DNA of 64,000 nucleotides from a virus. Position 1 is the first letter of the stretch; the number at the start of each line of letters is the position of its first letter. Shown one piece after another: positions 1 through 8,347 of this stretch. The stretch covers positions 3,597 to 67,596 of IMG/VR virus record IMGVR_UViG_3300016476_000688, one strand, 5' to 3'. The translations under genes were made by a program, and so were the position numbers. A model generated the notes under the pieces. It worked only from the letters and a program-made list of their open reading frames with translations, ran no database searches and had not been told where the DNA came from.

Positions 1-17
1 TCAGTCAGAGTTTTCAT
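1..17 (-). CDS. 5' fragment of a leftward gene running off the window (MKTLTD...)
   Basis: ATG at 17-15 with GGAG RBS and a cassette promoter at 42-70. Confidence 0.5.
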
Positions 18-134
18 TTGCTGCGCTCCTAGCTTATATTTTGTATAGCATAGTAGTTCTGTCCTTGCAACAGGCATTTTTTGTTTACATATCAATGAGT
101 TAAATAGCTATGCGCCGGGGTGGTTAACCCCTTG

Positions 135-767
135 TTATCTAAGCTGTTCTTGCAACTCCTCAATTCGAGCTTCAACCGCTGCACGCATCCGCGTGTTTGC
201 TTCCTCTGCGTCAAGATAGTATTCGATATTGGAGAATCCGCTTGACAGGTCAGACTTCACATACCGCCCATTACTGAGACGATACGTTGCGGGGACTCCT
301 TCCTTGTGGAAGTCATAGTAGGAAATAACCTCCTTTTCCACAGTCGAAGCAATCAGTCGCAGCGAATACGAGTCAAACTCGTAAACGCGCGTTCCGAGCG
401 CAAGCCGTTCGCCCTGCACCGGAATCATATCCGGCAGATATTGAACCTTGACCTCGGGAGTCGAAGTCAGTGCAATTTCTGCATCTTGCAGCTTGGTAAG
501 GTATCGCTGCACATTTTCACGCAGTCGGCTGTTCCACAGCGAGCGAATCCGCAGAATACGCAGCGCAAACGGCGTTGTGCGGTGTTTCAGTTCCAGGTAG
601 TCCCGATGCAGCCGAATCGTTTGCAGATTCTGAGCGTGCGCGATAGCATCAGCTTTCCGAAGAAAATAGCTGCTATCTCCTTCCACGATTTCACCGACAC
701 GTTCTTCGATGTTTCCAGCATATGCCCACCAGTAGGTCGGCAGTTCAGATTTCGGAACAGTAAACAT
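135..767 (-). CDS. hypothetical protein (210 aa)
   Basis: ORF 135-800 trimmed to the ATG at 767 behind AAGGAG and the cassette promoter. Confidence 0.8.
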   Translation of the reverse strand: MFTVPKSELPTYWWAYAGNIEERVGEIVEGDSSYFLRKADAIAHAQNLQTIRLHRDYLELKHRTTPFALRILRIRSLWNSRLRENVQRYLTKLQDAEIALTSTPEVKVQYLPDMIPVQGERLALGTRVYEFDSYSLRLIASTVEKEVISYYDFHKEGVPATYRLSNGRYVKSDLSSGFSNIEYYLDAEEANTRMRAAVEARIEELQEQLR

Positions 768-899
768 TAGTATCTCCTTTGCTTTCCTGATGTATCGCAT
801 AATACGCTGAGTGTTGCAAGAGATAAATTACTGTGGATTTTCAAAGTGCTACGTGCCTAGGCGCCGCGGCCCCTAACTACTTGAAGTTAGGGGCTTTTT

Positions 900-1127
900 T
901 CATATCACCTCGAAGTGCGGGATTTTCGTGCAGGTAGCTTGCTCCATTTCGATCAGTTGATCGCCTTCGATGCCGAACAGGTGCCACGGCTCACGAAACT
1001 CCCAGTCGTCGCGGTCCAAATCCCCGTTTGCCCACAGGGTATGAACCTTTGCGTTGATTTCGTCAATGCTGCCTTGCAGGTATTGCGGCATATTCTCCGA
1101 ATCGACGTAGATCAAAACGTATCTCAC
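900..1127 (-). CDS. small acidic hypothetical protein
   Basis: ORF track; overlaps the upstream gene stop (GTGA coupling). Confidence 0.75.
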   Translation of the reverse strand: MRYVLIYVDSENMPQYLQGSIDEINAKVHTLWANGDLDRDDWEFREPWHLFGIEGDQLIEMEQATCTKIPHFEVI

Positions 1128-1357
1128 AGCACGCTCTCCAGTCTTCCCTTGACCACATCCAGCAGATCATACCCGCTGGTCAACAGTTCGGCAATAGCCT
1201 GAATCCGATCAGCCTCGTCCCATTGTGCATACTCGACTTCTGCGGCACGATGCACCCAGTAGACGCTAGGCAGATCATGCGGTTCGTCGATGGTCTGGAC
1301 CTCGGTGAACATGAAGTCGTCACCGCTATCGCGCCAGATTACGGTATAGGTTTGCAT
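1124..1357 (-). CDS. small acidic hypothetical protein
   Basis: ORF track; AAAGGA RBS. Confidence 0.75.
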   Translation of the reverse strand: MQTYTVIWRDSGDDFMFTEVQTIDEPHDLPSVYWVHRAAEVEYAQWDEADRIQAIAELLTSGYDLLDVVKGRLESVL

Positions 1358-1368
1358 CTCTTTTCCTT

Positions 1369-1470
1369 TCAGAGTGTATGGGGCGGGGGAACCGGGATAT
1401 TGCGCCCGTAGATATAACCGATTACGAACGGCATAACCACGATGCCGATAAGTGCCGCGAGAGTCGTCAT
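1369..1470 (-). CDS. 33-aa hydrophobic peptide (MTTLAALIGIVVMPFVIGYIYGRNIPVPPPHTL)
   Basis: Manual translation; fills the gap in the operon. Confidence 0.55.
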   Translation of the reverse strand: MTTLAALIGIVVMPFVIGYIYGRNIPVPPPHTL

Positions 1471-1471
1471 T

Positions 1472-1600
1472 TCAGTCTCCGATGATGGCGAGCGATTCGC
1501 TCGTAGAACCAGTATTGCGGAATTTGTAATCGAAGTCAACAAGTTCCTGCAAGAACAGGTGATTGATGAAGTCGATATATTCTTCGAACGTTACGTCCAT
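1472..1600 (-). CDS. 42-aa hypothetical protein
   Basis: Manual translation; GAGGG RBS directly after the promoter at 1624-1652. Confidence 0.6.
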   Translation of the reverse strand: MDVTFEEYIDFINHLFLQELVDFDYKFRNTGSTSESLAIIGD

Positions 1601-1718
1601 GATGTTTTCCCTCTTGATGATTATGTATAGCGCGATTCGTGCTGATGTGCAATAACAAAAAACGCTGTAGAATCAATGTGTTAGACCCTACAGCGCCGGG
1701 GCGGCTAACCCCTTGTTT

Positions 1719-1910
1719 TTATTCCTTTTTTGCGATCACAACCTCTGGGTTAGTAATGATCTCCCATTTATCTAAGCTGCTTTCTTGCTTAGACCAGGTA
1801 TTACCAAAGATTGTTGCCGCTCTTATAGACTTAAAAGGCCCGTTCAGAATGATTTGTCCATAGCGTGTGACGACTAGCACGTAAGGACCTTCGCCTACGA
1901 GAATTTTCAT
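1719..1910 (-). CDS. hypothetical protein (63 aa)
   Basis: ORF trimmed to the ATG overlapping the upstream stop. Confidence 0.65.
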   Translation of the reverse strand: MKILVGEGPYVLVVTRYGQIILNGPFKSIRAATIFGNTWSKQESSLDKWEIITNPEVVIAKKE

Positions 1911-2107
1911 AGGACAACCGTCAGAGTTTGCCACGAAAAATATCCGTCGGCGAAGCAGCTTTCGATACAGGCTTCAACACTTGCGCGATCCTCGCGGGCA
2001 ATCTCCGCAACGTGCGGATTATTGCGAAGCCATTCGAGTCCCGCGTCGGTAGTGGCGAAGATGATTCCATCCTCGCCAATACCCCATTCGCTCCACAGAC
2101 GAAACAT
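1907..2107 (-). CDS. hypothetical protein (66 aa)
   Basis: ORF track; TAATG coupling. Confidence 0.75.
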   Translation of the reverse strand: MFRLWSEWGIGEDGIIFATTDAGLEWLRNNPHVAEIAREDRASVEACIESCFADGYFSWQTLTVVL

Positions 2108-2238
2108 TATTTTTTCTCCGGTTTCGCGGTCAGGGTCCAGTGGCTGCCGCTGGTTTGCATTTTCGTCACGACCTGAGAAGCCTTGATGCGAGAAGCAATC
2201 TCAGCCTCATCACGGGCTTCCGTAATCTTGTCAGTCAT
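2107..2238 (-). CDS. 43-aa hypothetical protein
   Basis: Manual translation; AAGGAG RBS after promoter. Confidence 0.65.
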   Translation of the reverse strand: MTDKITEARDEAEIASRIKASQVVTKMQTSGSHWTLTAKPEKK

Positions 2239-2343
2239 GTCGTTCTCCTTTGCTGATAAATATTTATAGACCGATTCGTGTTGCATAACAAATGCAAAAT
2301 GTGTAGTAATATCAATAGTTTACGTGTTGTAGCGCCGGGGCGG

Positions 2344-2592
2344 CTAACCCCTTGTTTCTGCTACGGTTTTTCCATTCTCTAGCCGCACCTCGTTAAGGTT
2401 TGCCGGATAGCTTCCTAAGCTGTCAAGCCAGTCTAGGTCAGGAAATAGAGTCTCGCTGCTATCAAAGACTTGATACAGCATAAGCCGCATAATATCGTGA
2501 CCTGTTATGCTATGGTCTTCCATAACAAGCTTGTCATTGATATAAAGGCCTTGCCAATCGTCGCCTTTAACCAAGGTAATTTGGTTTGCCAT
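2344..2592 (-). CDS. hypothetical protein (82 aa)
   Basis: ORF track. Confidence 0.75.
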   Translation of the reverse strand: MANQITLVKGDDWQGLYINDKLVMEDHSITGHDIMRLMLYQVFDSSETLFPDLDWLDSLGSYPANLNEVRLENGKTVAETRG

Positions 2593-2593
2593 A

Positions 2594-2824
2594 TCAGACC
2601 GCCGAGATTTCGAGAATGTCAGAATTGAAATGGCTTTGCAGCGTAGCTACCACGGTTTCCCAGTCTGCAAAACCTTCTCCAGTAGCGGGATCGCCATCGC
2701 ACCACACATCATCATCGCATTCATCGTCGCAGACGACGCTGAAATTGCTATCTTCTTCCAGAGTGCCGTAGCATTCGACGTCGCGGCCTTCGAAGTGGAC
2801 GACATAGACATGAGGGGCTTCCAT
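2594..2824 (-). CDS. acidic hypothetical protein (76 aa)
   Basis: Trimmed to the ATG at 2824 behind AAGGAG. Confidence 0.75.
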   Translation of the reverse strand: MEAPHVYVVHFEGRDVECYGTLEEDSNFSVVCDDECDDDVWCDGDPATGEGFADWETVVATLQSHFNSDILEISAV

Positions 2825-2975
2825 ATGTTTTCTCCTTTGATGATTAACAATAACCCGAATCGCCAGCATAATGCAAGCGCTATTTTGCTGTGTGTTCTCA
2901 ATAGCTTAGCCCATACCGCGCCCCGCGCGCTAAGTGCTTGATATTGCTGCATAATTTCCGTGTTGTTTATGCAAC

Positions 2976-3035
2976 AAAAAAGCCCCTGCCTTGCGGCAGG
3001 GGCTTGACAAGCTAGCCCCAGATCAGGGCTAGCTT
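2976..3035 (-). terminator. Intrinsic terminator (GC stem, GCAA loop, T-run) preceded by a second hairpin
   Basis: agcccctgcc-ttgc-ggcaggggct with A6 on its left; aagctagccc...gggctagctt. Confidence 0.8.
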
Positions 3036-3049
3036 ACCGATTCGGGCGA

Positions 3050-3370
3050 TTACTCGCCCTGCGGTTTCAGGTGGTCGATGAGAGCCTGAATCGCCTCCTT
3101 GGTGGCGTTCATGAACCCGTCCACGGCGAAAGGGGCGACAGCCTCCAGTTCCCGCATGAGTTCCTTCTTGGTCGGCCCTTCGACCTTTTCAGCCTTGGCA
3201 GGCTTTTCAGCCGCCACATACACACCCTCGCGCACGAGTTTCGAGCGCACCGAGCGGACGGCCTTGCCGATCGACTCAGCGATCGTTTCGACCGATTCCC
3301 CGGCCTGATACCGTTCCACGATGGAAGCGGTCAGTTCCTCGGTGTAGTTCACTTTACGTTCAGCAGCCAT
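3050..3370 (-). CDS. A2: T5 A2-like HTH DNA-binding protein, paralog 1 (106 aa)
   Basis: YTEE...IAESIGKAVRSVRSKLVREGVYV; the SVRSKL motif is recalled from T5 A2; near-identical to 7589-7948. Confidence 0.65.
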   Translation of the reverse strand: MAAERKVNYTEELTASIVERYQAGESVETIAESIGKAVRSVRSKLVREGVYVAAEKPAKAEKVEGPTKKELMRELEAVAPFAVDGFMNATKEAIQALIDHLKPQGE

Positions 3371-3544
3371 ATCTCTATCTCCTTTAGCTGGCGTTGCTTT
3401 CCTCTTCAGTGATTCTGTTATACGCGATTCGCAGGCAGTCAGCAACCGTATTTTTCGCTTGACACGCACAAAATCGTATTTTCTTCTGAGAAAAATTGTG
3501 AGCAAAATCAATGGGTTAGGGCCGGGGGCGCCACCCCCTGCAAC

Positions 3545-3772
3545 TCATTGAGCTGCAAGGGTTTTTTCTGCATCATACCAGCCGCGCCACCAGCATCTAG
3601 CGTAAACGTGTCCAGCCTTGTAAGGGCAGGTTTTGGCCCACCCTTTCAAGCGCATATCTCGCCCCGCATTATAGGCGACCTGTTTATTTATTGCAAGTCG
3701 CTCTGTTTCTGTTTTATTGCGAATATGCAATTTGCAACAGACTCGATCCGGTGGACGATTGCGGGAAAGCAA
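3545..3772 (-). CDS. Rmf/CrpP-fold protein (start uncertain)
   Basis: AYNAG..G...CPY......R.WW.GW..A resembles ribosome modulation factor. Confidence 0.5.
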   Translation of the reverse strand: MLSRNRPPDRVCCKLHIRNKTETERLAINKQVAYNAGRDMRLKGWAKTCPYKAGHVYARCWWRGWYDAEKTLAAQ

Positions 3773-3905
3773 TCACATCCCCACGCGGATACGGGCAGCC
3801 CTCCACACCACAAGGCCATACGCTCGGCTGACCTTTTGTTTCAGCCCAGCAATTGATCCCGCAGGTTTTGCAGGTTCCAGTTTTGGTCATAGGTTTTTTT
3901 GCCAT
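3714..3905 (-). CDS. Cys-rich small protein, possible zinc binder
   Basis: CKTC..C...PCGVEGCPY; coupled to the upstream stop. Confidence 0.6.
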   Translation of the reverse strand: MAKKPMTKTGTCKTCGINCWAETKGQPSVWPCGVEGCPYPRGDVIAFPQSSTGSSLLQIAYSQ

Positions 3906-4108
3906 CAGAATCCCTCCTCGGCTGTGTTTTCTCTCACGGTTTGGCGTTGCGTCGCTTTTGAGACATATACGCCTTCCCGCACCAACTTTGACCGAACTAC
4001 AGCCTCGCTGCGACTGATAGTCGCCCCGATCATAGCAGGCGTTGCGCCTTGCTTATATGCTGCGATTATTGCCTCGGTCAACCATTGCGGCCATTGTTTC
4101 CAGATCAT
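3905..4108 (-). CDS. Short A2-like HTH protein, paralog 2 (67 aa, HTH only)
   Basis: IIAAYKQG.T...IG.TISRSEAVVRSKLVREGVYV; true ATG at 4108 behind GAGGG. Confidence 0.7.
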   Translation of the reverse strand: MIWKQWPQWLTEAIIAAYKQGATPAMIGATISRSEAVVRSKLVREGVYVSKATQRQTVRENTAEEGF

Positions 4109-4231
4109 TGCGCCCTCTTGCTGATAACTGTATATCGCATGATTCGCTGTGCATTGCAACACAATAAAAACGTGCAAAATCAATCGGTTAGTGCGATGGG
4201 CGCCCCACCCGCTAAGTGATTGATATTGCTC

Positions 4232-4260
4232 AAAAAAATGTGGGGGCTTACGCCCCCACA
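4232..4260 (-). terminator. Intrinsic terminator (GTAA loop, T7)
   Basis: tgtgggggc-gtaa-gcccccaca-ttttttt on the minus strand. Confidence 0.8.
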
Positions 4261-4991
4261 ACTTCCGTTTCCGGCTTGACATATTGCGGCAAAAATGCCT
4301 TGCCGTCGATCCCGAGTCGGGTGTTGATTTTTTTCCACACCGCGCCAGCAAGTTCCGCAGGGGACTTGACAACGGGCAGACGTTTCTTGCGGGAAAGCGC
4401 CTTGACCAGAATATCCGATTCGATTTCCACGTCGGACCACGCGATATGGCGCTCCTGAAAATCGGCATTGACAAACTCGTAACGATATGCTTCCTCGGCA
4501 GAGGTCGAAACGAATCGGCCAGACGCGCTCGGAGTCGCCACCTTTGCAAAGTGACGCGGGACCGATTCGCCCCAATAATCCCAAATGTCAAGCAATTCCA
4601 CGCGATGTTGCAGCCACCGCGTCACATTGCCGCCCGTCAGAACCGAAACGGTTTCGGGCAAGTATTTGAAATCAAAGGCGGAATTGTAGGCGCAGCAGAT
4701 CATCCGATGGCCCGCCTGTTGCAATTCTGCAATCTGGCGGTTATATTCGCGCCGAACGTCGAGAATCCCAGCCGGACGAATCAGATGCCCATAGGCGTCG
4801 TCAAAATAGTGGCCCAGCTTTTCCGCAAAGAACGGCACATCATGGCGGAAAGCCTCGCGAATCACATACGATCCGCGGCCATACTCGCGCCCGCGCTTGT
4901 CAATAGTTTTCCAAGCAATATCGAACGCGATACGCTTTTTCATCGTGGTTTCAATGTCCGTAACAACGAACAGAGTCGGGGCCTTAGCCAT
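4248..4991 (-). CDS. DEDDh (DnaQ-like) 3'-5' exonuclease (247 aa)
   Basis: ExoI DIET, ExoII AYNSAFD, ExoIII HIAWSDVE motifs. Confidence 0.85.
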   Translation of the reverse strand: MAKAPTLFVVTDIETTMKKRIAFDIAWKTIDKRGREYGRGSYVIREAFRHDVPFFAEKLGHYFDDAYGHLIRPAGILDVRREYNRQIAELQQAGHRMICCAYNSAFDFKYLPETVSVLTGGNVTRWLQHRVELLDIWDYWGESVPRHFAKVATPSASGRFVSTSAEEAYRYEFVNADFQERHIAWSDVEIESDILVKALSRKKRLPVVKSPAELAGAVWKKINTRLGIDGKAFLPQYVKPETEVVGA

Positions 4992-5123
4992 GTTGCAGGT
5001 GTCCTTTGTTTTCTGCTTCCGTGCATTCTGTATCGCATGATTCGCAGACGGTTGCAAGCACAAAAAACGCAGTAAAATCAATAGGTTAGCGGCGGGGGCG
5101 CTGCGGCACCTAAGTGCCTGATT

Positions 5124-5309
5124 TTACTCCTCAATTTCGACGGTCAGACTCAACCGTTCGCACATCGCATCCCACAGACCGATTCGCATCTCTTCAAGAT
5201 ATTCCTCAATCGCTGAGTCTCCTTTTGCGATTACCTCTTCAGGTATTTCTTCGGTCCATGTAGAGTCCGTTCCGGCGAATCCGTAAGACTCGTAAACTTT
5301 AATCTTCAT
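5124..5309 (-). CDS. acidic hypothetical protein (61 aa)
   Basis: Trimmed to MKIKVYESYG, overlapping the upstream stop. Confidence 0.7.
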   Translation of the reverse strand: MKIKVYESYGFAGTDSTWTEEIPEEVIAKGDSAIEEYLEEMRIGLWDAMCERLSLTVEIEE

Positions 5310-5766
5310 CTTCTTCTTGCTCCTCAAGTTCCATGTCAAGCAGGTCTTGGCAGTGGTGGCAGACAGGCTCTGAGCTGAGTTCGTGCGATTCGAGGTTGTC
5401 AACGTGCCAGTGCCAGCCGCAATGCCCACAAGAGGCAATTGCATCCCAGACCAGAGAGTCAATCTTGGATTGATCCTCGATTGAGAGAGCAGAATATTCT
5501 TCACCCCATTCCACATTGAACGATCCGTCAGAATCGCTGATGATTTCTTCCGCGATTTCTTCCAGACTCTTCACATACGCCGGAACGGTGAAAGCATCCA
5601 GAACCGACCGAGTCGTGATTCTCGATACGATCTTATATTTTTGAGCTTCTGTCTCCCTTGTTTCGGTAGCATACTTTTTTGCCAGCATTTCGCTGTCAAA
5701 TACTCCGACCAGTATTTGAGAGTCATCGTCATAGTAGAGTTCGAATTTGATTTCCGTGTCAGACAT
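5299..5766 (-). CDS. acidic protein with C-terminal zinc ribbon (155 aa)
   Basis: CGHCGW...CHHC; AGGAGG RBS. Confidence 0.75.
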   Translation of the reverse strand: MSDTEIKFELYYDDDSQILVGVFDSEMLAKKYATETRETEAQKYKIVSRITTRSVLDAFTVPAYVKSLEEIAEEIISDSDGSFNVEWGEEYSALSIEDQSKIDSLVWDAIASCGHCGWHWHVDNLESHELSSEPVCHHCQDLLDMELEEQEEDED

Positions 5767-5896
5767 TGCAGCCTCCTGAGTTACCCTCTTATTGCATAAT
5801 TTACAGGCCAGCACAAGAGGAAAATGTTGTTAGTTTTCAAAGGTTTAAGGCGCTGGGCGCCGCCCTGCATAACCTATTGATTATGCAGGGGTTTTT

Positions 5897-6025
5897 TCAA
5901 GGCTTGCCGTAAATCTCCTTAAACCGCTTCCAATCGTAACCCGCTTCTTTAAAGCGGATTGCCGGGTCATATCTGTTGGGGCATATTACCAGCCCCACGC
6001 AAATTGCAAATAGCAGATATTCCAT
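5897..6025 (-). CDS. 42-aa peptide with hydrophobic N-terminus
   Basis: Manual translation MEYLLFAICVGLVICPNRYDPAIRFKE...; TAATG coupling. Confidence 0.55.
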   Translation of the reverse strand: MEYLLFAICVGLVICPNRYDPAIRFKEAGYDWKRFKEIYGKP

Positions 6026-6315
6026 TAATATCCTTTCCCGTCGATAATTCCCTGATACACCCCGCCATTTTCTTCGATTTTACGGTCCTCATAAGGACCG
6101 ATAATAACGCGGTTCAGTTCCATTTTAGCGCATTCAAGCGCGCCCACCATTTCATTCACCACGGCGTATTTCAGCCCTTTGCGGCGAATGTAATTGGCAA
6201 CGAACGTGGACACCAGAAAATTCAATTCTCCGGCATTTTCAGGAGTCCAAAGCGTTCCTTCCACCATCAAATCGTCGTGAATGTCGGTGCGTTGCTGTTG
6301 CGGGATGTAGGGCAT
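6025..6315 (-). CDS. DUF6899-like phage protein (96 aa)
   Basis: MPYI...GELNFLV...GALECAKMEL.R....YED.KI.ENG.VY pattern. Confidence 0.7.
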   Translation of the reverse strand: MPYIPQQQRTDIHDDLMVEGTLWTPENAGELNFLVSTFVANYIRRKGLKYAVVNEMVGALECAKMELNRVIIGPYEDRKIEENGGVYQGIIDGKGY

Positions 6316-6316
6316 T

Positions 6317-6757
6317 TTAGGCGACCTTTTGCAGAGTTTCACGGCCACGACGGCCAAGTTGCGAAGCGATAGCGAAGAAAGCACCTTTTACCAGATTGTC
6401 GGTATCCAGCCACGTCCAGAGGTGGTGATGCGTAAATGCCACATCAGAAATACCGTTCGGGCAGATCGAGCCGCACTTGCCGACGGCATACACGGGCTTG
6501 CCCATACCATAGGCCATTCCGACTTCCACGAGCGCACCGCGCTGTTCTTCGGATTGATCCTCACTGTAGAGCAGAACGAAATCGGAATCGCGCACATCTT
6601 CGTAGCACATTTGCCACAGCAGACGCTTGTTATCCGTAACAATCGGATTGTTACTGTCGAGGTCAATCCACCGCGCTTGCACCGGAAGGCCCAGTGTATC
6701 ACGCAGCATCTTGAATTTGTCAGCGTGCCAGATTTTGCCAGCGGTATAGAATTTCAT
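6317..6757 (-). CDS. Nucleoside 2-deoxyribosyltransferase / dNMP N-glycosidase-like protein (146 aa)
   Basis: FYTAG...D.RDSDFVL...GALVEVGMAYGMGKPVY, the NDT/RCL family signature. Confidence 0.75.
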   Translation of the reverse strand: MKFYTAGKIWHADKFKMLRDTLGLPVQARWIDLDSNNPIVTDNKRLLWQMCYEDVRDSDFVLLYSEDQSEEQRGALVEVGMAYGMGKPVYAVGKCGSICPNGISDVAFTHHHLWTWLDTDNLVKGAFFAIASQLGRRGRETLQKVA

Positions 6758-6866
6758 GGCTTTGTTCCTCTCTTGCCGATGATTATGTATCGCATGATTC
6801 GCCAATCATTACAAGAGAAAAGAATTGTTATTTTTCAATGGGTTAGCGGCGGGGGCGCCTCGCCCT

Positions 6867-7076
6867 CTAAGCATCTGATGTTATTGGTTTTTTCGCTGCT
6901 AGTTCGCAAAATCTCAAAACATGGTCGAGTTCCGAAGCAAATTGAATAGCTTGCGGATTGCCTTTGTCAATCTCCCGTTGCACGTCTTCTAGCATGAATC
7001 TAATTTGCAAGAATGCAACACCGCCATCAGAGTTGACAATCTCAACAAGCTTCATTAGTTTTTGCGTAAGTGTCAT
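6867..7076 (-). CDS. hypothetical helical protein (69 aa)
   Basis: ORF; AGGA RBS. Confidence 0.7.
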   Translation of the reverse strand: MTLTQKLMKLVEIVNSDGGVAFLQIRFMLEDVQREIDKGNPQAIQFASELDHVLRFCELAAKKPITSDA

Positions 7077-7127
7077 ATTCAATTCCTAAAATGTGGCAAT
7101 AGCGGGGGTGGCCACCCCCGCTATCAC

Positions 7128-7320
7128 TTCTTACACCTGTCCGATGGACCGGAGCAGTTTTGGCTGATTAGGCCCAACTCACGCACGTTGTCGCTAGTAT
7201 GTTCTCCGTGTAACATACAACCACACTCCGTTTGCCGGAAAACGGAGTAGAAAGCCTCGGCAGCCAACCCTACCGCTGGTATCTCAGTAACTTCCAGTAA
7301 TCACTCTTTCCGTCCTTCGA
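7128..7320 (-). ncRNA. candidate structured non-coding RNA with its own promoter
   Basis: Promoter TTGCAC-N17-TATATT at 7356-7328, no real ORF, several stems, ends in a perfect palindrome at 7099-7124. Confidence 0.5.
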
Positions 7321-7463
7321 TATAAACAATATAAGCGATTCGAAGACAACGTGCAAGCGTAAAGTGAAGGCGACTAGCAAAATAATGTGTAATGAAATCA
7401 ATCATTTAGCGCTGGGCGCGCCCCACCCCCTAACCCCTTGATTTCAAAGGGTTTTTAGGTGAG

Positions 7464-7553
7464 TGACCCGCTGAGGACTTGAACCTCACACCCCCTCTGC
7501 AAAGTTGTCAAGTAGTTGCAGCTACCTTGACAGGGTGGCACCGTGCGCGGGCC
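7464..7553 (-). ncRNA. tRNA-like RNA (canonical acceptor stem and T arm, aberrant core)
   Basis: GGCCCGC/GCGGGTC-A acceptor, TGAGG-TTCAAGT-CCTCA T arm, 10-bp stem with CTGCAA loop. Confidence 0.65.
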
Positions 7554-7588
7554 GTAGGGGCTAGGCGGTTTCCCGCCTAGCCTATCGT

Positions 7589-7948
7589 TCAGGCAGCTTC
7601 CGCAGCCGCTTCATCCTCAGCCGGAGCTTCCGCTTCCGTCTCCAGATGGGCGATCAGAGCCGACAGAGCTTCCTTCGTCGCATTGACGAAGCCGTCAATC
7701 GGCAGATGCGGAGCCAGACCTTCGAGGTCGCGCAGAAGTTCCTTTTTCGTCGGACCTTCCTCGCGCTTCGCTTTCACGGGCTTTTCAGCCGCGACGTAGA
7801 CGCCCTCACGGACCAGCTTGGACCGGACCGAACGGACCGCCTTGCCGATGGACTCGGCAATGGCTTCGACGGTTTCACCCGCCTGATACCGCTCGACGAT
7901 AGCCGCCGTCAGTTCTTCGCTGTAGTTCACTTTCGCTTCCTTAGCCAT
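7589..7948 (-). CDS. A2: T5 A2-like HTH DNA-binding protein, paralog 3 (119 aa)
   Basis: Same motif as 3050-3370; acidic Ala-rich tail. Confidence 0.65.
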   Translation of the reverse strand: MAKEAKVNYSEELTAAIVERYQAGETVEAIAESIGKAVRSVRSKLVREGVYVAAEKPVKAKREEGPTKKELLRDLEGLAPHLPIDGFVNATKEALSALIAHLETEAEAPAEDEAAAEAA

Positions 7949-8128
7949 ATCTCACTCCTATGTGCTGGCTTGTTTCTCTTTCAGTAAGATATGTATAACG
8001 CGACTCACGACGATTCGGCAAGCGAAAAAAGCAGAAAAAGAAGCCTCAAATCGAAAAAAGTTTTGTGTGTTTTCAATGGGTTAGCGGAGGGGGCGCTGGG
8101 CTGGTTAAGCCCTTGATTTACTTTGTCT

Positions 8129-8329
8129 TTAAGCCTCGTCAATATAATCGTCGTCTTCCCAGCCAGCGCTTAGCAGACATTCGTCTGCGCCTTCTTCCGG
8201 GCTCAGACCTTCTTCGTAGGCGTCTCGACTCAGCCAGTCAGGCAACATGCCTTGATCGAGTCCGCCAGTTTTCTTGAGCAGGATTTTATCTACAGCTTTC
8301 ATCCATTGTTCATAGGTCATAGCTTGCAT
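8129..8329 (-). CDS. small acidic phage protein (DUF5419-like, 66 aa)
   Basis: TYEQWMKAVD...LPDW..RDAYE.GLSP.E pattern. Confidence 0.65.
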   Translation of the reverse strand: MQAMTYEQWMKAVDKILLKKTGGLDQGMLPDWLSRDAYEEGLSPEEGADECLLSAGWEDDDYIDEA

Positions 8330-8347
8330 AGTGTTCTCCTGATTTAT

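Noticed and set aside
3905-5081. Long N-terminal extensions in the ORF track (3905-4591, 4248-5081, 3050-3511 and others)
   Set aside because: They run through promoters and dyads. Internal ATGs with strong RBSs right after the promoters are the credible starts.
7464-7553. Ordinary tRNA-Cys or tRNA-Sec
   Set aside because: Six-nt loop, 10-bp stem, no D arm, A73 rather than U73 or G73, and no UCA anticodon; kept only as a tRNA-like RNA.
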